Below the pieces are notes generated by a model, which made no database searches, had not been told where the DNA came from, and saw only the letters and a list, made by a program, of their open reading frames with translations. The translations under genes and the position numbers were made by a program. Below, one piece after another: positions 1-11,483 of a DNA stretch of 64,000 bases. The stretch comes from Opisthocomus hoazin (Eukaryota): the NCBI RefSeq assembly GCF_030867145.1, contig NC_134414.1, positions 22,870,810-22,934,809 of the forward strand, read 5' to 3'. How positions within the stretch are numbered: position 1 is the first letter of the stretch; each line of letters begins with the position of its first letter.

Positions 1-199
1 ATTAGACTTTATTTTATCCAGCTGTCTTAATTAATTAAAAAAGGACTCCTCACTCATTTTGTAGCTGAGTTACAAGGGTGTTGAACGGTAACTCTGCAGC
101 TCACTGAAGTCCTGCATCTGAAATAGTGTGACCCTGTACCACCAGACAGGTGAGAGGCCAGCTGGCTAGGAAAAACATTTTTGCAAAAGGAGTTGGGGG

Positions 200-715
200 T
201 CCCTGCAGACGAGTGAGCTGAACAGGAGTCAGCAGTTCTTGCAGCAAAGAAGGCCAACAGCATCCAAGAGTGTAGCCAGCAGATCAGAGGAGATGCTTCT
301 TCCTCTCTTCTGAGCACTGCTGAGACGCATCTGGAGTACTGTGTCAAATTCTGAGCTCCCCAGGACAGAAGAAACATGGACACACTGGGGTGAAGGGTTC
401 TGAAGACAGTTTCGGGAGCTGGAGCACAGGAGACTGAGAGCAATTGGTTTGCTGTGCTTTGGGAAGAGAAGAATACAGGGTAATCATAGTGGTATCTCTA
501 GCTATCTAATGGGAGGGTGCAGCGACGACAGTGTTAGATCCTTCTCAGAGGTGCACAGTGAAAGGATGAGATAGGCAGTGGACACAAGCTGGAACACAGG
601 GAAATCTGGATAGATACAATTTGACTGGGCAGATTTCTGAGCAGCCGGGTCTAGTTGGTCCTGGTTTGAAGAGGGCATTTTACTTGTTAGTTCTGGAGAT
701 CCCTTATAAACTAAA
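200..715 (+). mobile_element. Degenerate CR1 LINE 3' fragment in sense orientation: ORF2 C-terminal remnant (…HLEYCVKFWAPQDRRNMDTLG…GLLCFGKRRIQGN…YLMGGCSDDSV) with stops and frameshifts.
   Basis: Conceptual translation is similar to the CR1 ORF2 C-terminus ([31 protein letters not shown]…[26 protein letters not shown]). The fragment lies in MPHOSPH8 intron 1. Confidence 0.6.
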
Positions 716-2275
716 TTATTCTCTGACTGTAATAAGAAAGTTACTAGTCACTTACTTGATGAGTAATGGCATTAGAAGAAAGAAAGAGAGACAGGTGAGC
801 ACGATTTTGAAAACTAATTCCTGGATCAAGGGTGTATAGTTAAGTTAAATTATAAGAGGAGATGCATTACACTAATGAGTCTGAATAGAAGCTGTTTATT
901 TATATGTCTGTGAAGCAAAATGTAGAAGATTGTAGGTAGAGTTGATTGTTAAGTTTAATGGCATATATACACTTGGTAAAAGGTTACTGGTGCTCAGGCA
1001 AAAAGGTAAATTTATGGATATTGATACATTTAATAGTAGGTCAGATGGCAGTTCTTTTGAAGCTTTTCTTCTCCAGTCTTGGTTAGCAGTGTAGGATGTT
1101 TTAGAGCACTATCAATCTATTTCTGAAAGAAAAAAATACTATTATTTTGCCTCTCCAAAGGTGTTTTCCTTAGTACATTTGCTAATACTTTTTTTTTATT
1201 TAGAAAATAAGTTCAGGAACAGCTATGTTGGCTGATATCCATTATTAGCTTTTTTTAATACGGGAAAAGGATTTTCCTAAGCTTGGTGCTAGCTTTTGTC
1301 ATACGCCTGTTTAAAGAGACTGCAAGTTTAATCAATAAAGGTGGCCACATTGCTTTCATAGGATGTATCTCTGCTTTTCAGTTAAGTTTGATGCAGGAGG
1401 CCCTGAGTTGTCCCTTGTCAGGCTAGATCAGCAGCATGCTGAGTCCAAGCTAATCAGTCTTGCCTCTCAGCAAGAAAAAGAGTGCATCTTGAGAAAGGTA
1501 AGGGTTCAGACTACTGAATTTATTTAGGAGAAAAGCAAGAGATAATTTGGTGGAAAGCTTTTTTTTTTTTTTTTAGTGGTAGAAGACTTACTAATCTAGT
1601 GAAAAAACAAGATAGAGACTAAAAGGTGCAGTTTCATCCTATGATTACGTTAAACACTGTTGAAACAACTGGTCTAGGGCTTTCATACATAATCTTTTAC
1701 TGAAATCTTTGTAACTACCTCCATTGAGATGCTCACACTCAGATTTTGCAAGGTTTTTTTCTGATTGTTGGTATTTCGGTTTATCAAAAGTGACATTGAT
1801 TACAAACCTAACATAAGTTATAAATTCCAATATAAAACTAGGTGAATGGTGTTTCATGCATTATAAATTTTAAGGTTTTATATCATCTTCTTCGGCAAAG
1901 AAAAGCAATTCAAGCTTGAAATTTTTAGAGATGATATATTAAAACTTTTTAAAAAAATTAATTTCCTGTCAGAAAATCAATTTCAGTAGAATGACTTTGA
2001 TTTGTACATTGTAGCAGTGATTCTGAACAGATTTTAGGTATTACAAATATTTTGGATAAAACCACTGCAACTACTGAAATATTTTACGATCTGCTTAGTT
2101 CAGTATGTGATACAGATGGAAATAATTCTGGGAATTCTTATGTCAACATTGGATTGAGCTCCCAGTATATTAATTTCTATACACAAAATTATATATCCAC
2201 TGCTATGCTGAAGAATTGGGTAAATGATGCAATGCTCTGCTGTATTGTATTAGATGTTTGGTTTTTTTCTTACAG

Positions 2276-2431
2276 GGTAAAATTCTGTACAAAGTACGGT
2301 GGAAAGGATATACCTCTGATGACGATACCTGGGAACCAGAGGTTCATTTGGAAGACTGCAAAGAAGTGCTGCTTGAATTCAGAAAAAAAATTGTGGACAA
2401 TAAGCCTAAACCTGTTAAAAAAGACATCCAG
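2276..2431 (+). CDS. MPHOSPH8: MPHOSPH8 coding exon 2 (chromodomain): GKILYKVRWKGYTSDDDTWEPEVHLEDCKEVLLEFRKKIVDNKPKPVKKDIQ. Acceptor ttttttcttacag|G, donor CAG|gtgtgt, phase 0 at both ends.
   Basis: The translation matches the MPP8 chromodomain remembered from human (KVLYKVRWKGYTSDDDTWEPEIHLEDCKEVLLEFRKK). The polypyrimidine tract plus AG and the GT donor are read directly from the sequence. Confidence 0.9.
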
Positions 2432-3316
2432 GTGTGTTTTGCCTTCCAGTGTCTTACACTGAAGACATATTCGCTATTTAGGCTCTGCCAGTGAGGGGAG
2501 GGGGCAGGGAATATGTTTGGGATATGGAATTAAGAAGACTTAAAGAATCTCTTTGAGCTAAAAGTGTTTTGTTTCGGGTGAAACTGAATATTGTTGCTGC
2601 TCTCTGGTTAGGGATTTTTTGTTAGCTGACAAGTTTACTTGTAGGCTGTAAGTCCATCTAAACTTTATTTCAATTTTTAATGGGACTATATAAATGATGT
2701 ATCGTCATTTTAGTTTATTTTTGATGACATAAATAACCCTCTTTCCCTGCTCATGTATTTTTTTGTTGCTGAAGCTGGGCACTGCTCAATTCACCCTCCT
2801 GCTTAGTGTAGCAGGTAGGTGAATTTTTGTATGTTAACCATTAAATTTGGTAAGACAGGAATACTGAAAAATCAATTGCAAGAAGGCAGCATATGACTTT
2901 TATTTTCTTTTTTTAACTGCTCAGTGAGTTTCAAAATCAAGCATAAGAATCTTTTTTGAAAACTGGTACCCCACTTCTGGGAAACCTATAGGTAAATTTT
3001 ACAAAATCAGGTTAATTGGGGGGTTTTTTGTGTCAGTTCAGATTTCATTTTGCTCTGAAATCTGGTTGCTGGATGTCTGTTTGGTTTACTTGGCTTGTTT
3101 ATATGTTGATTATCATTTAAGCAGTTAGTAATTTAATTTAAGTCAGCTAGAATCCTACTTAGGAATTCTACAGTTTGGCAATGAGGAATGATGTTTGCAG
3201 TGTTTAAAAAGAAATTTCTTTTCCCAGGCGCCACCAATACCATTTTTGTATAGTTTACACTGATGTGATACAGTTTAATGGGGAAAGAAATCTTCTCTTT
3301 TTTTCCCTACTTTTAG

Positions 3317-4168
3317 AAACTGTCTCTAAATGATGATGTATTTGAAGCAGAATCTGACAGTGACTGGCAAAGTGAAACAAAAGATGATGTTTCACCAAAG
3401 AAGAAAAAGAAGAAGTCAAAAGATGGAGAGGATAGAAGTCCAGATGATCTGAAGAAGAAAAAGTCTAAGCCCGCAAAACTCAAAGAAAAACCCAGAACAG
3501 AATGTGAAAATTCCTCAGATACTTTAGTTTCAGATTCAAAACCAAAAAAAAGGACTTCAGACACCAAGGAGGATTCAAGGGACCCAAAGAAGCAAAGAAA
3601 AGAAGATATTAAAGAAACCAGGAAGAGGAAGGGAGAAGTTAAAGATTCAAAAATTAAATCTAAGGATTCTAAAGAAAATAAAAAATCACGGAAGGAGAAG
3701 CATGGAGATGTTCAGTTTGACTCAGAATCAAGTACTCTGGATGATGTATTTTCTCAAGGAACTGATAATGAAAATTCAGACTTAAGTTCTGAAAATAAAG
3801 ACGATAAGCAAAAGGTAATGATTGGAGAAGGGAGACTGGAACAAGAAATTGCTGAAAAAGATTCCATTGCTGATAGGCATCTTGATGGATCAGCAAGTAA
3901 TGAAGATGATAGTATTGATGTTAAGTTTAAAAGAAAGAAGAAGAAAATTCAGAAAGCTGAAGATTACAAGGAGGAAGGTAGAAAAGTGGAAACTCAAGAT
4001 ACCTGTTTAGAGAAGAAGAGCATGCACAAAAGGCAAAAAGGTCAAGAAAAAGTAAAAATAGTACCAGGAGAGTTGGAGAAAGTGCCACCTGCTCCTTCAC
4101 CAGTGCTGATGGGTATGAAATTGAGCCCTGATGAAAGAGGGCGCAAGTCCACTGATTCAGCTGGGGAG
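3317..4168 (+). CDS. MPHOSPH8: MPHOSPH8 giant coding exon 3 (852 nt, 284 codons): a low-complexity K/E/S/D-rich linker from KLSLNDDVFEAESDSDWQSETKDD to RGRKSTDSAGE. Acceptor ttttag|AAA, donor GAG|gtaagt.
   Basis: A continuous open frame in the same frame as ORF 3818..4195. It is collinear with the human MPP8 segment RLSLNNDIFEANSDSDQQSETKED...GLWSTDSAEE. Both splice sites are canonical. Confidence 0.85.
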
Positions 4169-5439
4169 GTAAGTAATGTTAAGGCATTGGGGTGAGGTCT
4201 GGGGATTAAATCAAACATCTTTGAGGTACCGATATATCCAAAGTAGCACTGTTCATGATGGCAAAGAGAAAAATAGAAATTGGAAAGTTAATGAGGTGGA
4301 TGAAGCGAAAGAAAGGGCACTGCACAATGTATTAGGAGGGACTGAAAAATTTCTGGATTTTGAGCACTGTGAAGGAGGGACACTTCAGGAGAGGAGGGTG
4401 TCTTTAAATGTGAAAGTATGAATTTCTCCTGTTTTCTCTGTGTACTTAGAATGAAATTTGCTGTTCCTCCAACGTGTGCTGTCATTTTTAGCTTTGTTCC
4501 CCCCACCTTCAGCAGTTGCCTCAGTTTGACTTTTTTCTACTTGTGTGGTAAGGCATTCAGTCTTGAGCAGCTATCCATCTGACACTGCACAATGAAGTGC
4601 ACTTTTGAGCTGAAACACATGCCTGGTCTCTCTCGAAAGCCAGCCACTCTGCTATACCTTATGTGCATTAGCACCTTCCTGAGAATGGTGATGTTGCTTC
4701 TAAACCCAGGTCTCCCAGATAATTAGGCAGCTGGCTTGTCTTGTTAGAATTCCTGGGATGCTTACAGAAAATGCTTGGTTTCGTGAGGTGGTTTCATATT
4801 AATTACAAATGCTGTACTTATTCTAAGAAATGAGCTAAGCAAATACTGGATGTTTATTTTTCCTTATTTAATACAGTAGTGTTTTAAGAAGAGCAGGATG
4901 GTAAAGGTAAAAGAAAGAAATAATGGAAAAAATAAAACAATATTTCTGGAATGTTTCTGAGCATATAATTTCTTTCAGCTACTTCAGACTGTTCTAATAC
5001 AGTTGGCAGTTCATAAAACCTTGGTTGCTCAGAGAAGCTGCTTTCTGATTTGTAACAGGGTTGCAGCCAAAATGCGTTGATACTTACTGGATCATATCCC
5101 ACTTCTTCTGAAGCCATAATTCCATGGTGGCAAGTTTCTTCTGTAGGTTCAGCTGTGGTCCTCTTAAGATTGTTGTATGGATGGAGTAGGCCACTGTAAA
5201 CATCAGAAAGTTGATTTTAGGGTAGAGAATTACATGGCATAATCTCAGAGTATTGCTACATGAAATAGTGTTTTTGCAGGAACTTAGTGGTGAAAGCTCT
5301 TGTAAACAAGGTTAAGCACTTACTATGAGGTATAACCCAGTTTCAAAGTTATTTAATGAACTGAAATGGTATAGCCCTTTATTACTCAAGTATTTCCTCG
5401 TAGTTCAAGGCTGTAGCGTTCCTGGAAATACTCAGGGTC

Positions 5440-5560
5440 AGGTTGGACGGGGTTCTGAGCAACCTGATCTAGTTGAAGATGTCCCTGCTCCTTGCGGGGA
5501 GGTTAGACTAGATGACCTTTAAAGGTCCCTTCCAACCCCAACTGTTCTATGGCTCATAAG
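5440..5560 (+). mobile_element. CR1 3'-terminal fragment in sense orientation (…ggttagactagatgacctttaaaggtcccttccaacccc…ttctatggctc).
   Basis: Carries the characteristic CR1 3' UTR motif ggttggactagatga…tcccttccaacc…attctatg. Confidence 0.75.
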
Positions 5561-7103
5561 AGAGAGATATCGGTGATGACAATCAGATAACTCTTTGGAA
5601 TTCTGTTTTATTTACCAGTATTACTAAAATTCTGTCACCCCAAGCGTGAGGAAATCAACAGCAGATGAAACTTGGTTTGCTTATGGCTCTTCAGCCAGCA
5701 CTCTTACTAAGTTATCTGTACACCTTTGTCATGCTCATGCTCCAGGGTACCAGGGAAGGCATTCTTCTCTTTGCTTTTTTTAGTCTGAGGCTTAAACAAT
5801 GTTTTCTGTAACTGGTTGGTTATTCTCCAGAGCAACTGTGGACTTACTATATGGGTGGGTTTGGTGGAGAGTTTTGGAGGTTTTCACTAAATCGTTGGCC
5901 CAAGCAGATCATTCTTCTCAAGTAAAATCAGTGCGTATGTTTCAGCTACCTGTCTTTCCTTGTGTAGGTCTGATTACAGAGCACTGTCAATTGATAATAC
6001 AGTATTCTCTGTTTGGAGTCAGTTTGCATGCCAAACCATACTTTCATTCAATTTCCTCTAAAAATAAATATGCAGTGTACGTAGTGCACCTGATCAGTAT
6101 TGGAAATCTGGAATAGAATTCAGTATTACTGATTTTAACAGCCCCTCTGTGTAGCAAATACCTGGTAATCCTTTTAATAAGTTACGGGTCTCCTCCTGAA
6201 TGCTGAGTATCTGCTGGTTTTAACAGCTGTCTGTGCTACTGGTTAATCATGTCAGTGATCAAAAGCTGACTTGGGGGGGGGCAGGAAAGGTGATTAAATG
6301 TCTCTGCTCTGCTAACACATTATACACCAAGTTCATCTATTTTAATTGAAGTTTTTCTTATGTAAAAGAAATGGTAGCATGTGATAATAGATTCAGTCTG
6401 TAGTTCTTATGGGGACTTGTTTTGGGGCAGTTTTTCAGAAAGCCAGTGGTATTCCATGTACCAGGTTAGTGTCGGGCTGGTACAAAGCTGTGCTGAGGAG
6501 CCATGTTCCACCTACTCTGCAGTTTGGAATTTGCTGGCTGAGCAGAGAGAGATGATTACAGGAGGAGCAAGGCAACCTTTGGTGGAGGCGGTTGAGTTCG
6601 ATTTTGGCAAATTTGATTATGTATCTACATCTACCGTAAATTTCTTCCATGATATTGGATATTGCTAAGCTCAGTCTTCTGTGTGGGTAGGATGGGTTTG
6701 GGTGGATTTTTCTGAGTGCCTTGTTTTTCACAAATTACTATTGCCATACCATCCTGTATGTGCAAATTGGAGAACCGTTCTATTCAAGTTCAATATTTGG
6801 AACAAATGGAAAAGTATCTGCACCTCATGCCATAAACCACCTTGCATGGCTGGGGTGCAGTAAAAGTCTCAGTTGAAGTTGTTTTATTTTGGAAATAACA
6901 CCTCTTCTCTTACAGAAAAAACCTTCACAGACCTAACCCCTGACTCACCTGTTTAATTTTTTTTTTAAGAATGTCCACAACTCTCTTATATACAGGTTTC
7001 AGTAGTATTAATTTTAAACGTATTCTATCGCTGTAGTGGTGAAAGGAGTTTATTTTCCATTTTTTCACTACCACTTTAATTTGATCTGTGTTCTCAATAT
7101 CAG

Positions 7104-7200
7104 GAGAAAGAAGTAAAGAAAATTGAAACAAAAGAAAAATCTCAAAAAAAAGAGTCTGAAAAAGAAGAAAAGAGCAGAAGAGAACAAAAGGGCCTAAAAA
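7104..7200 (+). CDS. MPHOSPH8: MPHOSPH8 coding exon 4: EKEVKKIETKEKSQKKESEKEEKSRREQKGLK plus 1 nt (ends in phase 1). Acceptor tcaatatcag|G, donor AAAAA|gtaagt.
   Basis: Matches human DKETKRNESKEKYQKRHDSDKEEKGRKEPKGLK. The phase joins correctly to the next exon. Confidence 0.8.
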
Positions 7201-8337
7201 GTAAGTGCTAACTGCTTGCAAGAGAGAAGGGAAGGGCCCTTCAGGACTTTCTTTTCTTATTTCTGCAAGAAGTGGATATTGTATAGTTTTATAACACGCA
7301 CCAGAAACAAGAATTTCTGCTTCTATTTTAGAAAGCAAAAGTTTGCTGTTTAATGGCTTTGTTAAAATATGCTTCATGAGAATGCTGTATGTACTTTCAT
7401 GTGTGAAGCATTGAAATACATAGAAATCTATTAATGTTTTTCTAGACAAATCAAGATTTTTGCCCTTTTTCATTTAATAGTGTCAACTGTGCTGCTGGGG
7501 CATGTAGCGGTAGTCTTTTTTTAGAGGAATTCATCTGACTATTGGCTATTTCCAGAAGTGTTCTGATGGTACTATGAATACACACTTTCTAGGTTTAGAA
7601 AGACTAATAGAGTTCCCATCAAACAAACTTCTTGCCTCTTGCTTTAGCCACGATAATGGGTTATAGCGTACAGCCCTTCAAATACCACCAGAACTGGGTA
7701 ATTTGATACATGAAGAAAAATGTCTAGGTTGTATTTCTATTCCTAGTAGTGTAATCGAGTATTAATGTTACTACTCTTCATCTCAGTAAAATTTGGAATG
7801 ATTTTATTGAGGATAAATTCCCTCAATGGGAATGGTGATAAACCAAGGAGAACTGGGTAACTCCACCCTTGATAATCATGAATGGATACAGGAGGAGCTA
7901 TGATGCTTCAAATAGCTGTTGCTAGAGAAACATCTTTCACTGAAGGTAGCATAGATGCTTACAGTGCTTAAGAAAAGTAATAAAAAACAGAATGATTAAT
8001 TATTGTTCCTTATACAGCGTGTCCTTTGTTCATCACAGATACTGAACTATTTTTTCAAAGTAGTAATTTATGCATAATTAGAAACTACATTTCTTAAGAT
8101 GGTACCATGTTGAAAGCAGTCAGAACTCAGACATGCCAGGGCAGCTGAAGATGAACTAGTTCTCCTCAATTTTTGGCTTATGTTGCTAAGCTTGCTTCTA
8201 CGCTTCAGCAATGATGACCTTAGCAAAAGGTCTGTTCTCTTTCTGTAAATGGACTCTGGTCACTCACTTAAACTTTGTTATGTAATAGTCTTTAGTGGCT
8301 CAAGTAGTCACTCTTGGTAACTGTCTTAATATTCTAG

Positions 8338-8586
8338 GCTTTAAGGACATCAAAAGTGCATTGGGCTTGTTTAATGTAGCTTCAGAAGAAAAAAGTGAAT
8401 ATTGTGAGAATAACTGCAAAAGAGAAGAATCTTCGCTAGAATATAAATTCGTAGAAGAATTAAAATCAAAAGACAGCAAGGTGTACAAGGAAAGGAGGAA
8501 CATAAGAAACGAAACAGACACATGGACTTACATTGCTGCAGAAGGTGATCGAGAAGTAGTGGATGTGTGTCAAATGGAGAACTCTG
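8338..8586 (+). CDS. MPHOSPH8: MPHOSPH8 coding exon 5: (S)FKDIKSALGLFNVASEEKSEYCENNCKREESSLEYKFVEELKSKDSKVYKERRNIRNETDTWTYIAAEGDREVVDVCQMENS plus 1 nt. Acceptor attctag|G, donor TCTG|gtgagc.
   Basis: Matches human TLKEIRNAFDLF...KERRNTRDETDTWAYIAAEGDQEVLDSVCQADENSD. The carried phase reconstitutes the D of NSDGKQQ with the next exon. Confidence 0.85.
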
Positions 8587-9024
8587 GTGAGCAGTAGAAA
8601 CAAATGCAGGGGAAAGTTGAGCACTGGCAGTTAATATTTTCTCCATTCCTTCTTGCATCTTTTAGTGCTCCAATTCTTGTCTCCCCACGAGGCTGAAATG
8701 ATGTTTTCTTTTGAAACTCGCCGATAACTTTTCACTGTGTTTCTGCTGTTACAATAGTGGAGAGTTCACCATCTTCTGTCACTTCAGCCTAACTTACTAC
8801 AACAAATAACCAGTTTGTTTCAAGTAAAAGCATTTTGTGTCCATCTGTAACGTAACTTTCATTGTTTGGAACCATTCCATGCTGACTTCCAGAGCCCATT
8901 TGAATGAAAAGTAGTAGTATGTGAAGCTGCTGATCATTGAAGCCACGGCAAGCAGTGAATGATTTGGAAATTTACAAGTTACTTATTTGATGTTTTTTCT
9001 TCCATAAAATCAATTAAATCATAG

Positions 9025-9150
9025 ATGGCAAGCAACAAGTCTTGAGTTTGGGTATGGACATGCAGTTAGAATGGCTGACGCTGGAAGACTTTCAGAAGCA
9101 TCTTGATGGAGAGGATGAGAATCATGTCTCAACAGAACCAATACCAAGTA
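9025..9150 (+). CDS. MPHOSPH8: MPHOSPH8 coding exon 6: (D)GKQQVLSLGMDMQLEWLTLEDFQKHLDGEDENHVSTEPIPS plus 1 nt. Acceptor aaatcatag|A, donor AGTA|gtgagt.
   Basis: Matches human GRQQILSLGMDLQLEWMKLEDFQKHLDGKDENFAATDAIPSN. Confidence 0.85.
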
Positions 9151-9236
9151 GTGAGTAGTTGCTGGGAGGAAGGGACATTTCTTATCTGGTGTTGCAAAGT
9201 TAAATATCCTATAACTGCATTGAATTTATTTTCTAG

Positions 9237-9325
9237 CTCTCCTGAGGGATGCTGTTAAAAGTGGAGATTATATGACAGTCAAGATGGCACTTTCTTCAAA
9301 TGAGGAATATAATCTGGATCAAGAG
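9237..9325 (+). CDS. MPHOSPH8: MPHOSPH8 coding exon 7: (T)LLRDAVKSGDYMTVKMALSSNEEYNLDQE. Acceptor ttttctag|C, donor GAG|gtagtt, ends in phase 0.
   Basis: Matches human VLRDAVKNGDYITVKVALNSNEEYNLDQE. Confidence 0.85.
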
Positions 9326-10460
9326 GTAGTTTTTTTGCAGTAGAAGTACTGGGGGGAAAGAGTGCAAATTTGGATTGTTTGTAAAGTTTTCCTCTCTTGC
9401 TAGTAGCAGATTTCTGTCTCACCTTGGGAAAAACGCACAAGGTGAGAAAAAGGAGTACAGAATTTGAGGCTTCAGTATTTGTTCTCCATTTCCTCCATAG
9501 AACAAACAAAGTTTGGTGGGAGTGAAGAAGTTTGGTGGGAGTATCCCCATAGTTGGATTTGCAGCAGACTTGCCCGCTGAATTTAACTGAATATTAAATT
9601 TAGAACTTTACATGGTATAAGGAATAATGATGCCCATCAAGTCCAGTGGCTAAACTATGTAAAACAACTGTACATGCAAAAAAAAAAAAAGTAGTTCTGT
9701 TTGGCAGACGGGGACCACTTCTGTCCATGAATAATGAGTTTTCTACCAGTTCTTCATCAGCTGCGTTCTTTACTGGTTTTTCTTTCAAGAATCTATTTTC
9801 CTGTTAAATACTACTATAGTTCCATATTTGAGGATTAAAATAGGTGATATCGGTATTTTCACTGGTGATCCATGTAGCTGCATTATGTAACATTTTGAGA
9901 ACTGTACATTATGCTAAGCCTTCTGTAGCGTAGTATAAAAGATGCCACATGAACTACTGAGGCGTGTGTTCTTTGAACTGTAGTGTCTGATGACAAATGC
10001 AAGACTGAGTGAGGAGACTGCCCACCCACAGAAGGCTCTTCCTACTTCCACTCTGATAAAATCCAAAACTAGCGTTGTGGTAGCAGCTGACTTGAGCCAT
10101 TGTGTTTTTCCCCCAGTGGCTGCTGATTTCTCTTTTCACTGTCTTGCTGTCTTACCCACCCTCAAATACCTTGCTACCTTTCTTCCTCAGTCATTCTGGT
10201 TTTCCTTCTTCTGCTCCTCGGGATGGTACATGTTTTGCAGATAATGGAGCTCAGAGTGTGAGGCCTGTGGACAGGAGAAGTGGGAGGTGATAGTTTGTTG
10301 GTAGCTGGCAGCCATGCATGTGTGAGTTCTTCCAGGGAGGGGAATTGTTGTGAAACCTGTTGACACACTTGCAGTTTTTGTCTTGCGGCTTTGATTTATC
10401 TTAAAGTATTTGATTTTTTAAAATTTTTATGTTTTATTATGGCAATGATTCTTGTTGCAG

Positions 10461-10601
10461 GACTCAAATGGAATGACCCTACTAATGCTTGCTGCTGCTG
10501 GTGGGCACGATGACCTTCTCCGGGTCCTAATCAGGAAGGGAGCTAAAGTTAATGGTAGACAGAAAAATGGAACAACTGCATTGATATACGCAGCTGAAAA
10601 G
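10461..10601 (+). CDS. MPHOSPH8: MPHOSPH8 coding exon 8 (ankyrin repeat): DSNGMTLLMLAAAGGHDDLLRVLIRKGAKVNGRQKNGTTALIYAAEK. Acceptor cttgttgcag|G, donor AAG|gttggc.
   Basis: Ankyrin-repeat consensus (G-TpLH-AA--GH---v--LL--GA--N). Matches human DSSGMTLVMLAAAGGQDDLLRLLITKGAKVNGRQKNGTTALIHAAEK. Confidence 0.9.
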
Positions 10602-11396
10602 GTTGGCTTGGTTATTGTCGTGTTTGTGGTTCTTGGCTCTTTTACTTATGTTTAAAAGTGGTACCCGATTTTTTTCACTTGGATGATGCCTAGAAAGTAA
10701 TTAGCAGGATATGGCAGGATGACCTTAGCCGCGTAATTTTAGCGGCTGTGGTTGCTGTATTGTAAATAAATTCTGATTACAAACCCTACCCTGTATAGGG
10801 AATATCATAGGACTACCTAGAGGGAAAGTGAAGGCAGAAGATACCCCTGGATTTGTCAGTCATGGGGCTGAAGTTCTTGAGTTAGAATTCCTTGTTACGG
10901 TCTCTGGCTACACGGGATCTACACTTGGGAGACTTTAAGAGCAAATCTCTGATTAAGCAGGGTTTACTGTTTGAGAGTTGGGAGATGGACACTGGGCAAG
11001 CTCTTCTCAAACTGAGACCAACTAGACGAGGAAGTTAGAGGGTGTTTCATGGGTGCGCTCTTTTGCTCAGGGTGGGTCGTGTGTTTTCCCATGTACGGTA
11101 GATACAAGGCCAAAAGGGAGCTTGATTCCAGTTTGGTGATTAATGCAAACGTACTGTTTTCTTCCTGTGGTGTTTACTATTGCAAGATTTAGAAAAAAAA
11201 AAAAAATTGTAAATACTCATGACTGTCTACTTGCCTGAGTCTGAATTGCTCTTTATTAGCCATGGGAGAGAACAGCGTGTCATGCCTCATGCTCTGCATT
11301 TTGCTGATGGATTTTAAATAAATGTCACTTTATATTCCGAGACAAAACCAGAATATTTTCTGCTTATTTGTCTTGTGATCTGTTTTTTTTTTTCAG

Positions 11397-11483
11397 AATT
11401 TTCTAACAACAGTAGCTATTCTTCTGGAAGCTGGGGCTTATGTGAACATGCAGCAGAGCAGCGGTGAAACTGCTTTAATGAAG
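11397..11483 (+). CDS. MPHOSPH8: MPHOSPH8 coding exon 9 (ankyrin repeat): NFLTTVAILLEAGAYVNMQQSSGETALMK. Acceptor tttttttttcag|A, donor AAG|gtaaag.
   Basis: Matches human NFLTTVAILLEAGAFVNVQQSNGETALMK. Confidence 0.9.

Noticed and set aside
54-443. 129-aa ORF on the minus strand at the start of the window.
   Set aside because: It overlaps a degenerate sense-strand CR1 fragment (200-715). It is an antisense chance ORF without recognisable motifs. It lies inside MPHOSPH8 intron 1.
1-2275. Looked for MPHOSPH8 exon 1 (ATG, acidic N-terminus, first chromodomain beta-strand VEKIL) and its CpG-island promoter inside the window.
   Set aside because: No CpG island and no ORF encoding an …E(V/I)EKIL… peptide ending in phase 0 upstream of 2276 was found. 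The region is AT-rich intron with a CR1 remnant. Exon 1 must lie upstream of coordinate 1.
6925-7473. 182-aa minus-strand ORF, among the longest in the ORF track.
   Set aside because: It is the low-complexity antisense of the A/G-rich MPHOSPH8 exon 4 and flanking intron (poly-F/L/S peptide). Its frame is kept open by purine-rich sense sequence. It has no start context or homology.
10601-10655. Read-through of the exon 8 donor. ORF 10452..10655 continues 18 codons into the intron (…AAEKVGLVIVVFVVLGSFTYV*).
   Set aside because: A canonical GT donor sits at 10602 and the next exon joins in phase. The read-through is just intronic sequence that happens to be open for 54 nt.
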